Origin: an uncultured Acidobacteriota bacterium
Lineage (GTDB): Bacteria; Acidobacteriota; Thermoanaerobaculia; Multivoradales; UBA5704
Assembly: GCA_963832495.1 (NCBI GenBank)
Contig: CAWHUF010000012.1
Location: 74,140 to 138,139, forward strand
Direction: 5' to 3'
Length of the DNA: 64,000 nucleotides
Each line of letters starts with the position of its first letter. Position 1 is the first letter of the stretch. The notes beneath the pieces were generated by a model. The model saw only the letters and a list, made by a program, of their open reading frames with translations. It was not told the DNA's origin and ran no database searches. A program made the translations under genes and the position numbers. This document shows positions 19,701-25,833 of the stretch, piece after piece.

Positions 19701-20894
19701 CCCCACGAGCAGCAGCAGGCCTCCGGGGCCGAAATTCAGATGGTTCGCGGAGACCCCGGTGCCCAGGAACATCCCGGAAAAGAGCGTCCCGGCGGACGGG
19801 GGTACGCCGCTCGCGAAGCGCTCGGGGCCGAGCACCCATTCGAGCTGTGGATTGCCCGCGAGCCGGCGGCCGAAGATCTCCAGAGACACCGGATAGAGCG
19901 GATTGCCCGTCTCCATCCAGGCGCGCACCGAGTGGCAGGCCCCCACCAGTCCGGGCAGAAGCCCCAGAGCCAGGGCGCCGGGCCGCCGGAAGAGCAGGGC
20001 CCTCCCCAGAAAAGCCACCGCGAGCCCGGCCAGAGGCAGCATGGAATGCTTCGCTCCCACCCCCACGCCGAACGCCGCCATGGCCAGCGCCACGTCGGCC
20101 GCGCACGGAGCCCGCAGAGCGCGCAACAGGAACACGCAGCCGAGGGCGAACATACCGGCCACCAGGACGTCCACGTACGCGCCGGTCAGGAACATGGAGA
20201 CGACCGGCGACGCCAGGAAGGCGAACGCGGCCAGCGCGGCCGTGCGGAGGGGCGCTCCGAGCTCGCGGGCCGCGGCGTACACGCCCAGGCCTCCCAGGAG
20301 CGCCACCGCGACACCCGCCGGCGCCAGCAGGACGTCGCTCCGCGGCCCGAGCATGGCCCAGGCCCACAGCACCTCCCCCGCCGGAGGGAAATATTCGTAA
20401 TAACCCCACGCATCCGGCGCGGCCTCGCGCCCAAGGCCGCCCGTCTGCACATACCGGCCCGCGTGCACGAGGTGATAGGTGAGCGAGTCCCAGGCCATGG
20501 GTGGCGCCACCAGCCCGCGCAGGAGATACAGGGTGAAGAGCACGCCCACCGCCGCCAGCAGCCAGCGCTCCGGACCGAGGGAAACGAAAGCCTCGCGCAC
20601 CGCGGCGATATCCGCCTTCAGCCGGGCGCGGACACCGTTCCAATCCCCCATCCGCCAGGCCGCGATCCCCGCCAGCGCCCACAGGACCGCCACGACCGGA
20701 GCCCGGAACAGGCCGAACGGCGCGAGCGCCCAGAACATCGCCACGAGCATCCAGACCGCGGCAAGGCCCGCCGCCGCGAGCCGGACCGACGCGCGCGCCG
20801 CCGGCCCGACCGCCCGGCAGGCGACCCGATAGCTCACGAACCCGCACACCGCGGCGCCCGCGAGCGCCAGGCCGAAGCCAAAGATGAAGCGCAA
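16782..20894 (-). CDS. Polytopic GT-C/PMT-like membrane protein. Only about 18830-20894 looks genuine, and there is no in-frame stop until 16782
   Basis: TTG start at 20894 with GGAGG 5 nt upstream. The first ~690 aa (about 18830-20894) are convincing: many TM segments, PPMAWDSLTYHLVHAGRYV, and a soluble tail ...VVMAPVTCPEHAWIMADRERFEVVP. The frame then reads through hairpin element A and 1.75 kb antisense to the ALDH gene, giving Gly/Asp/Val/Ala-rich junk. See the finding for this range. Confidence 0.55.
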   Translation of the reverse strand: MRFIFGFGLALAGAAVCGFVSYRVACRAVGPAARASVRLAAAGLAAVWMLVAMFWALAPFGLFRAPVVAVLWALAGIAAWRMGDWNGVRARLKADIAAVREAFVSLGPERWLLAAVGVLFTLYLLRGLVAPPMAWDSLTYHLVHAGRYVQTGGLGREAAPDAWGYYEYFPPAGEVLWAWAMLGPRSDVLLAPAGVAVALLGGLGVYAAARELGAPLRTAALAAFAFLASPVVSMFLTGAYVDVLVAGMFALGCVFLLRALRAPCAADVALAMAAFGVGVGAKHSMLPLAGLAVAFLGRALLFRRPGALALGLLPGLVGACHSVRAWMETGNPLYPVSLEIFGRRLAGNPQLEWVLGPERFASGVPPSAGTLFSGMFLGTGVSANHLNFGPGGLLLLVGATAGALVLARRRAWAGLLFLLGTVAINVALLMAPGAAALRHLWWWASGRHLGPALVAVVLLASVVPGRAGRALLALSIAGSLAMALPWGFGPIGWWQALAGAVAVALAAGLAVLIRKIPGLHWLAAAVGVIVLGAGLQELRARARHETWEAALRLETYDVHGLPGLGAAHALWRRLDDGRSRTVATTAGFVRNGHNWMRYPLMGSSLQNRLIYVPVTRDGSVIDYREEKAEAFADRAAWLARLDVLGVDAVVVMAPVTCPEHAWIMADRERFEVVPARGGAGPAGRVCGVHTALAPENPQQRTPGTPRTTRTSRTGKLSLSAFFLSLSSLVSLVSFWLSCRPLPPHRQRQDPRQLAHRRRGLEVGELRRQLVGRLVGGEPDGLGPDAEGGTHDGLLGPREHQRVVHHARAGPDVLRRVAREGAPGGDHQTVAHGRPVVHGHGAVVEVGDGPLDGAGGVRIVQGPGVDDQRDVEGAPEGAVAEGHGLVDELGDGARVEAHFAEDAAESLGGEGDVVPFRGIEAGDEHPGEAVARAVAEGLGGVLVGGLEGVEAVGGAGVVGAPDGHLPQVVAHGGEQGLPTVPGGVLDNHPAGVAVEAGVVGDHGAQVVGVVGDVGGVPGAGHHDDGANVAELGREALRDQGLVGLLAPPALFAGAEDDGVVGAVGAGDVDLVHAGVAAEVGPFFGAAVDQPEEAALDQGLERLFHERTQVDVDGMGLEDHHLVFHEQLVEGVHGADGGDVAGAEDEGDPALAHGRVIGHGLRLGEALGGDARLHPDIGGEAGVEDAVVEVDGEDPGHQLSVGPGAHAAGDARAAVGVDVEQRLAQQPQVAQDEVRPHQGFLAGPGMLGVEPLMLDAESRPALGHGQEALREIAEESDPLLGRDGCPGALVLLEHGDRGVHLRAGAGGGRRGEDLGRLWGMMGRGGHGMPPAPRCGTGETIAWEREARGRDLAKPPDEMVPARWPLSIERQMK
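16923..18674 (+). CDS. Aldehyde dehydrogenase family protein
   Basis: Track ORF 16755..18674, with the start moved to the ATG at codon 57 (MTTATHHSPK). ALDH-like motifs include GAGNVSSIGP, ELGNVSPVIV and NNAGFNCNAGRM. Length is about 583 aa. Confidence 0.8.
   Translation: MTTATHHSPKTPQILTPSAPSSSRAEMDAAVAVLQENKGAWTAVSPKERIALLGDLSKRFLAVAERWAALGIEHEGLDPEHPGSGEEALVGPYFILRNLRLLRESLLDIDTHGRPRIPGGVRTRPDGQLVARVFPIDLYDRVFYSGLTADVWMEPGVTAESLPETQAVTYHAPVRQGRVALVLGAGNVSSIGPMDAFYKLFVEDQVVIFKTHPVNVYLGPLMEEAFQPLIQRGFFRLVYGGAEEGAYLCRHSGVDEIHITGSDRTYDAIVFGTGEEGRRRKEANEPLISKRFTAELGNVSPVIVVPGPWDAADIAYHADNLGSMVTNNAGFNCNAGRMIVQHASWDRRQSLLAAVRDHLGQVPVRRAYYPGAADRFDTFQAAHKDTAETFGNRSGDRLPWMLIPGLDPTKRDDIAFTTEAFCGVFGEVGLDAGTVPEFIDKAVAFCNGTLWGTLNVTLIVHPRSLDDPDTARAVERAIANLHYGTVSMNHWAAVGYGLVVTPWGAFPGHTPEDIRSGTGVVHNTLMFSRPQKTVVRAPFRVWPKPVWFATHKTAHKLTPKLSDFEAAPSMSKLARILPLAMRG
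18682..18805. repeat. GGACA-type inverted-repeat (hairpin) element, copy A
   Basis: The left arm at 18693-18727 is AAAGGACACCAGGGACACCAAGGACGACAAGGACA. The right arm at 18765-18799 is its reverse complement with one mismatch. An inner hairpin reads GGGACAG-ctttc-CTGTCC. Each arm consists of four 9-mers of the form nAGGACAnC. It sits between the convergent ALDH and membrane-protein genes. Copy B is at 26443-26552. Confidence 0.9.
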
Positions 20895-20898
20895 TAAG

Positions 20899-20920
20899 CC
20901 TCCAGAATGTGATCTGGAGG
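20899..20920 (-). promoter_or_regulatory. Hairpin CCTCCAGA-n6-TCTGGAGG overlapping the Shine-Dalgarno of the 20894 gene; it may also terminate the upstream VOC operon
   Basis: An 8-bp perfect stem. On the minus strand the 3' arm contains the GGAGG that lies 5 nt upstream of the TTG start at 20894. It is 5 nt downstream of the VOC stop (20925). Confidence 0.35.
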
Positions 20921-20924
20921 GATT

Positions 20925-21425
20925 CTAACCCGCGGCTTCGCTCAGCAGCTCTTCGAGGTCCAGCCGCTGGGTGTACATGGCCGGCAGCCCCTCCGGCCCC
21001 CGCGGCCACTGCTCGCGCGGCCGGTCCCAGTAGAGCTCGATGCCATTCTGGTCCGGATCGGCCAGATAGACCGCCTCGCTCACCCCGTGGTCCGCGGCGC
21101 CCTGAAGCTCCACGCCCGCCTCCACGACCCGCCGGAGGGCGACCGCCAGATCCCGGCGCGTGGGATAGCGGATGGCCACGTGATACAGCCCCGAGGCCCC
21201 CAGCGGCGGCGGCGCGCCCCCTTTGCTCTCCCAGGTGTTGAGACCAATGTGGTGGTGATAGCCGCCGGCCGAAACGAAAGCCGCCTGCGGCCCATAGCGC
21301 GACGTCAGCTCGAAGCCCAGCACATCCGTGTAGAACTGGAGCGCCCGTTCGAGATCCGTGACTTTGAGGTGGACATGGCCGATGTCGGCGCCGGCCGGAA
21401 TAGTGTAAGGCGGAAGGGTGCTCAT
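20925..21425 (-). CDS. VOC family protein (glyoxalase / extradiol dioxygenase fold)
   Basis: IGHVHLKVTDLERALQFYTDVLGFEL ... YHHHIGLNTW ... YHVAIRY ... SEAVYLADPDQNGIELY, which are typical VOC beta-alpha-beta-beta-beta modules. Confidence 0.85.
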   Translation of the reverse strand: MSTLPPYTIPAGADIGHVHLKVTDLERALQFYTDVLGFELTSRYGPQAAFVSAGGYHHHIGLNTWESKGGAPPPLGASGLYHVAIRYPTRRDLAVALRRVVEAGVELQGAADHGVSEAVYLADPDQNGIELYWDRPREQWPRGPEGLPAMYTQRLDLEELLSEAAG

Positions 21426-22228
21426 AGGGTTATTCTATGTAACCGCCTCACAAACTTTTCCATTTCCACAAGCGCCACCTCCGCCTGCTCCCGGTGCGGC
21501 GAATGCCCGCAGTCCCGGATCAGCACCGACTCCACCGGCCCCCCGGCCTGCCGCTCGATCGCCTCGGCCTGGCGCCAGGTGCCGTACTCGTCCCGGTCTC
21601 CCTGCAGGATGAGGATGGGCACCTGGATCCCCGGCAGGAATTCCTCCAGGTTCCAGGCGCGGAACCCGGGATCGAGCCAGACTCCGTTCCAGCCCCAGAA
21701 CGCCACGTCCACGTTCGCGCCGTGGTGACGCGCCAGGCGGTCCCGCAGGTCCGTGGTCCGGTAGACCTCCGCGATCTTCGCGATGCTCTCCAACCCTGAA
21801 GGCTCCGTGAACACGTGCGGCGCCTCCAGGATCAGCCCCCGCAGCCCGGCGGGCTGGTCGCGGCCCGCCTGGCTCGAATAAATCAGGGCGATCGACGCTC
21901 CGTCGCTGTGCCCTACCAGGATGCTCTCGCGGATTCCGGCCGCTTCGAGGACCTTGGGGAGGACCGCCGCCTCGTCGTGCATGAAGCGGACGGGCCGCGG
22001 CAGGGGGACGGGATCGGACTTCCCATAGCCGGCCCGGGAGTAGACCAGGGCTCCGCAGCCCGTCCGCTCCGCCAGTTTCTCCGGGAAATCCCGCCACAGG
22101 GAGGTGGACCCGAGCCCCTCGTGGAGGAACACCAGCGTGGGCGCGCTCTCCGGTGCCGGCCCCGGTGGCCTCAGAAGGCGGTACTCCAGGCGGACCCCGT
22201 CTACGTCAAGGAAACCGGCCTCGGCCAT
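21422..22228 (-). CDS. Alpha/beta hydrolase
   Basis: Track ORF 21422..22339, with the start moved to the ATG at codon 38 (MAEAGFLDVDGVRLEY). It has the HEGLGS oxyanion region, a nucleophile elbow VGHSDGA, GDRDE and CGHSPH. Its stop overlaps the start of the downstream VOC gene by 4 nt. Confidence 0.85.
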   Translation of the reverse strand: MAEAGFLDVDGVRLEYRLLRPPGPAPESAPTLVFLHEGLGSTSLWRDFPEKLAERTGCGALVYSRAGYGKSDPVPLPRPVRFMHDEAAVLPKVLEAAGIRESILVGHSDGASIALIYSSQAGRDQPAGLRGLILEAPHVFTEPSGLESIAKIAEVYRTTDLRDRLARHHGANVDVAFWGWNGVWLDPGFRAWNLEEFLPGIQVPILILQGDRDEYGTWRQAEAIERQAGGPVESVLIRDCGHSPHREQAEVALVEMEKFVRRLHRITL

Positions 22229-22366
22229 CCCGGCGAGAGTATCAGGGATGTTGGAACGGGGACCGTCTTGCCGCGGCGGCCTCACCCCCCACTCCTCTCC
22301 TCGAGGAAAGGGAGCCGGAGGGTGAGGTCGCACGGGCATGCCGGCTGAATCGGCGCTTCGCCTCCC

Positions 22367-22834
22367 CTACGCCTTCTGCGCCATCATCTCCGCCATGCGC
22401 CGGTTCATCTCTTCAGGCGGGACGTCCTCCTTGTGCGTTCCCAGGCTCCAGACGTGCCCGAACGGGTCCGCCAGAGTCCCCATCCGGTCGCCGTAGAACT
22501 GGTCCTCGACCGGGCGGATCTCTTTCGCTCCGGCGGCGATCGCCTGCTTGAACTGGGCGTCCACATCCTCCACGTAAAGCACCAGGCTCACGGGCGTGGC
22601 GCCAATGGACTTCGCGCTGCGGTGGCCCATGTCCGGAGACTCGTCGGCCAGCATCACGTGCGAATCGCCGATGCGGATCTCGGCGTGCCCGACCTTGCCG
22701 TCCGGGCCGCCCATCCGCATCGTCTCGATGGCGCCGAACGCCTTCTTGTAAAACTCGATGGCACCGGCGCCATCGTGGACGACCAGATACGGAGTCACAG
22801 TGTGATAGCCCTCAGGAATGGGTTTAACGGCCAT
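22367..22834 (-). CDS. VOC family protein (PhnB-like glyoxalase/bleomycin-resistance fold)
   Basis: MAVKPIPEGYHTVTPYLVVHDGAGAIEFYKKAFGA...HAEIRIGDSHVMLADE...DQFYGDRMGTLADPFGHVWSL is a classic PhnB-like pattern. Confidence 0.85.
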   Translation of the reverse strand: MAVKPIPEGYHTVTPYLVVHDGAGAIEFYKKAFGAIETMRMGGPDGKVGHAEIRIGDSHVMLADESPDMGHRSAKSIGATPVSLVLYVEDVDAQFKQAIAAGAKEIRPVEDQFYGDRMGTLADPFGHVWSLGTHKEDVPPEEMNRRMAEMMAQKA

Positions 22835-22886
22835 GATGCATACCTCCTTGGGTTGGTGTCGCCGGGTGGGCGACGCTGGGTTGAAG

Positions 22887-23455
22887 TCAGGCGTATCGCG
22901 GGCCCGGCGTGATCTTCGCGATCACGAGACCAGCGACCAGCCAGCCGAGGAACTGATCGAGTCCTTCGGCAAGGATGAAGCTCGTGGGAAAGTCGTACCA
23001 ATTCCAATAACTGATACTGATGGAAAACCATGCGAAAAGACCGAGGGCGCCCACGATGAGCGCGCGCTGAAGATAATTGCCCGCCAGCCGCGCAAGGATC
23101 AGAGCCGCGATCAGCGCGGCGAGAATGTTGGTCAGCAATTCGACCCCGAGGAGCCTGGGGAAGTTGAGCTTCTCCACCGAACGGACGGTAGACCAGGATG
23201 CCCGCCGGTCCCGTCCGGTACTTCTCCGCCCACTGCGCCTGTTCCTCTTTCGTGGCCTCCGACGGATTTCCCATGAGGGGGAAGATGTACAGGCCCGCCT
23301 CGGGTATGGAGCTTCTGGAGCCCTTGCAAAGTCGCCTCCTCATTGGGAAGCGTACGGACTCCGGCCTCTCCCAGGGGGAGAACCATGTGCGAAATGAAGC
23401 TCCATATGAAAGCAGCCAGCCCTCCCAGCAGTGCCGCCAATAAAACGCGCTTCAT
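22887..23455 (-). pseudogene. Small membrane protein of unknown function, split over three reading frames by two +1-type frameshifts
   Basis: Three overlapping track ORFs join into one sensible protein. 23132..23455 gives MKRVLLAALLGGLAAFIWSFISHMVLPLGEAGVRTLPNEEATLQ. 22795..23343 gives ...SIPEAGLYIFPLMGNPSEATKEEQAQWAEKYRTGPAGILVYRPFGG. 22887..23177 gives EKLNFPRLLGVELLTNILAALIAALILARL...VIAKITPGPRYA. Frame changes lie near 23310 and 23180. Confidence 0.6.
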
Positions 23456-23479
23456 ATTCCCTCCTTTCAGGGAAAAACG

Positions 23480-23587
23480 CTATTTCCGCTCGGGCATCAG
23501 GGGCAGCAGTTGATCGATATCCCCGGCGATGGCGGCCCGTTGCCAGGTCTCGAACACTTCGCGGATGGCTTGCTCGTCGCTCGGCAT
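23480..23587 (-). pseudogene. Remnant of a SnoaL/DUF4440-like gene (N-terminal about 35 codons only)
   Basis: MPSDEQAIREVFETWQRAAIAGDIDQLLPLMPERK* resembles the first helix of NTF2-like/DUF4440 proteins but stops after 35 aa. It is the tail of track ORF 23480..23860. Confidence 0.35.
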
Positions 23588-23598
23588 GCTGGCTTCTC

Positions 23599-23991
23599 CT
23601 AGACGTGTTGGATCCACTGGCGGATGACGTTCACGAAGGCGGACCGTCTCGCATGGATCTCTTCCAGGTTGCGGAACTTTGCCGACGCCCGGTCGTCCCC
23701 GAGCCACTCGATCAACCCTTCTGGATCGGCGATCGCGGTGTGGGGGATTAGGCTCTCTCGCTTCTTCGCGCCACGGTGCAGGATGACCAGCAAGCCATCC
23801 TTCGCTCGAAGATTCAGGGTCGCGAAGTGCTCCGACGTACAGAAACTCGGGGCATTCCACTTGATGCCTTCGGCGATGCTTGGATCAGTCTCCAAAATGA
23901 CCTCTCGGATCGCGAGGATCTCCTGCTTGAAGGGATGATCCAGCGACGCGAGGAAAGCCTCGACGTCCTCAGCGCCAGATGGAGACATCAC
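23599..23991 (-). CDS. DUF1801 (YdhG-like) domain protein
   Basis: 130 aa: ...FLASLDHPFKQEILAIREVILETDPSIAEGIKWNAPSFCTSEHFATLNLRAKDGLLVILH..., with the IKWN-P-F motif typical of DUF1801. Confidence 0.75.
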   Translation of the reverse strand: MMSPSGAEDVEAFLASLDHPFKQEILAIREVILETDPSIAEGIKWNAPSFCTSEHFATLNLRAKDGLLVILHRGAKKRESLIPHTAIADPEGLIEWLGDDRASAKFRNLEEIHARRSAFVNVIRQWIQHV

Positions 23992-24119
23992 ACATCCTTC
24001 CCAAGTCCCGGAGGGACGCGGGCTGCTTACCTGGCTTTATGCCTTTGCCCCTACGGGGCGGGGAGAATTGCGGGAAATTGCCTGCGCGGCGTCTACAAGG
24101 GGATCGAAACTCTTGCGCA

Positions 24120-24250
24120 AGCCGCGCCTCCGCCCGGGCATAAATGCCTGGGCTACTCAAAAGAGCCTCCTGAAGGGGACTCCAGCAGTCGGGTTCACCC
24201 GGCTGTTTTTGCCTAGCCCGGGCATTTATGCCCGGGCGGGACTGCGACGC
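24120..24250. repeat. Inverted pair of an about 45-bp element, each centred on a 20-bp palindrome CCCGGGCAT(AA/TT)ATGCC(C/T)GGG
   Basis: Palindrome 1 at 24133-24152 is CCCGGGCATAAATGCCTGGG. Palindrome 2 at 24217-24236 is CCCGGGCATTTATGCCCGGG. The flanks are also similar in inverted orientation (cgCCCGGGCATAAATGCCyGGGCTAnnCAAAA). The pair lies in a 360-bp non-coding gap. Confidence 0.8.
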
Positions 24251-24352
24251 GGAAATCCGTCTGCTCTGGGGCACTTCCGCTGAAAAATGGACACCCATCG
24301 CTTGACCTCCCTCCCGCCCCCAACGGTGATGATCGAAATGGAGTTGTACCTT

Positions 24353-24871
24353 CTACTGTCCTTCCGGGAGCGTGTACTCGAAGACGTACGAATGCTTGCC
24401 GCCTTCGATCTGGATATCCATCTTGCCCGCGAGACCTGCCAGTTGGCCGGTGCCGGAGTCCGGGACCACGGTGATCGTCAGTTGTGGCTTCCCTCGATCC
24501 ATGGAGCCGCTGTGCTGGAGCACGAAGGTGCCGGTGCGGCCTTGCAGGGTTCCGGTGACCTGCTCGATGGCAACGTATCCGGCTGAGCCCTGAGTAGCCG
24601 TGCTGTGGGCCAGCATCTGGCCCTTGCTGGTGCCTTCCAGGTCGCCGTGGAGCTGCTTGTCGAGCAACATCCTGCCGATGGAGGCTTCGGACTTATCGTC
24701 CGGCGCCTGGGGACTGACTTTGACTTCAAAGGTTCCGCTTGCGCGCTTCGTCATGGTCGCTGCCTTCTTTGGGACGGACGGCGGGTCCTGTGGATACGCA
24801 AAGGGGAGACAGACGAGGGAAAGGCAGAAACCCGCAACGGCGACAGCTCCAACTCGAAATGGTGTTGTCAT
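24353..24871 (-). CDS. DUF3224 domain protein with signal peptide
   Basis: [28 protein letters not shown] (signal), then ASGTFEVKV...[22 protein letters not shown]...[28 protein letters not shown]...[30 protein letters not shown]. Confidence 0.75.
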   Translation of the reverse strand: MTTPFRVGAVAVAGFCLSLVCLPFAYPQDPPSVPKKAATMTKRASGTFEVKVSPQAPDDKSEASIGRMLLDKQLHGDLEGTSKGQMLAHSTATQGSAGYVAIEQVTGTLQGRTGTFVLQHSGSMDRGKPQLTITVVPDSGTGQLAGLAGKMDIQIEGGKHSYVFEYTLPEGQ

Positions 24872-25120
24872 GCTTGCTCCGTGATTGCCGATGACCGCCC
24901 GCCCCTACACTTCTCCGACGGGAACAAGACTGCAGGTGTTGGGCCGGGAGAAGAACTCCGCAACCTTACGCTTATCTTACGCCTTCCCGATATCCGGGTC
25001 AACCCCTTTCAGGGAAGGAAGCCGAGTCCTTGTCCCCGGCTTCTGAACAGGATATCTCAGGTCTGGCTTCCGATGCCAATGCCCTGAAAAGGAATGTCAC
25101 ACGGTGGACACCGCCCCGTT

Positions 25121-25393
25121 ACGACCGTGGTCGCGATGACTGATACCGTGGTCGCGGCCACTGATACCGTGGTCGCGGTGACCGATACCGTGGTCGCGGC
25201 GACGGCGACCGCGGTGGCAGGGATGTATACCGTGGTCGCGATGGCTGCGACCACGGTCGCGATGACTGATACCGCGGTACAGACCGGTTCGACCACGGTA
25301 TCAGCCGCCGCGACCGTGGTATGAGTGGCCGCGACCACCACAGAAGTCGTGGCGACCGCGGTCGCCCTGGCCGATACCGCGGTCGAGGCAGCT
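25121..25393. repeat. 13 x 21-bp phased tandem array with a palindromic core, GA(T/C)ACC(G/A)(T/C)GGTCGCG
   Basis: Units start at 25121, 25142, 25163 and so on, at exact 21-nt phase up to 25393. Examples are GATACCGTGGTCGCGGCCACT, GATACCGTGGTCGCGGTGACC and GCGACCACGGTCGCGATGACT. Cores such as GACCGCGGTC are perfect palindromes. The array ends at the exbD stop codon. Confidence 0.9.
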
Positions 25394-25833
25394 CAAGTCC
25401 CTTCCGGCGCCTGCCTCTTCTCGGTCACTAGCCCCACGCGCTCGAAGCCGGCGTTGCTGATGAGGGTCAGGACCTCGCTGACCTTCTCGTACTGGAGATG
25501 GCGGTCGCCGCGGACGATCACCTCCCGGTCCGGCTCGGCCTCGTGGAGGGCGGCGAGGGTGGCGACGAGCGCGGCGTCGGCCACGGGAGTTTCCCGGATG
25601 TAGACGGTGCCGTCCTCCGCGATCGAGACCCGGATCTGGGTCTGGTCCGGCAGGGGGCCGGCCTCCTTGGTCTTCGGCAGGTCCACCTTGACGCCGGCCT
25701 GGAGGATGGGCGTCACCACCATGAAGATGACCAGGAGCACGAGGCAGACGTCGACGAGCGGCGTGACGTTGATCTCGCTACGGATGGAACCGTTCGCGGG
25801 CTGCGGGTTCGGAGACATGGACGCACCTCCCAT
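25393..25833 (-). CDS. exbD: ExbD/TolR family biopolymer transport protein (orphan)
   Basis: [55 protein letters not shown]...[18 protein letters not shown]...[43 protein letters not shown] is a canonical ExbD pattern. The start is the ATG at 25833 or 25818 (codons 63 and 68 of track ORF 25393..26019). Confidence 0.85.
   Translation of the reverse strand: MGGASMSPNPQPANGSIRSEINVTPLVDVCLVLLVIFMVVTPILQAGVKVDLPKTKEAGPLPDQTQIRVSIAEDGTVYIRETPVADAALVATLAALHEAEPDREVIVRGDRHLQYEKVSEVLTLISNAGFERVGLVTEKRQAPEGT

Noticed and set aside
18828-21009. ORFs 18828..20897(+, 689 aa) and 19030..21009(-, 659 aa)
   Set aside because: They are shadow frames of the polytopic membrane protein gene ending at 20894. 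They are basic, low-complexity translations without TM periodicity or motifs.
25057-25341. ORFs 25057..25341(-) and 25094..25324(+) encoding Thr/Val/Ala heptads
   Set aside because: Both strands and several frames are open only because of the 21-bp periodicity. There is no RBS, signal or domain, and the products are pure low-complexity sequence. I treat them as repeat artefacts.
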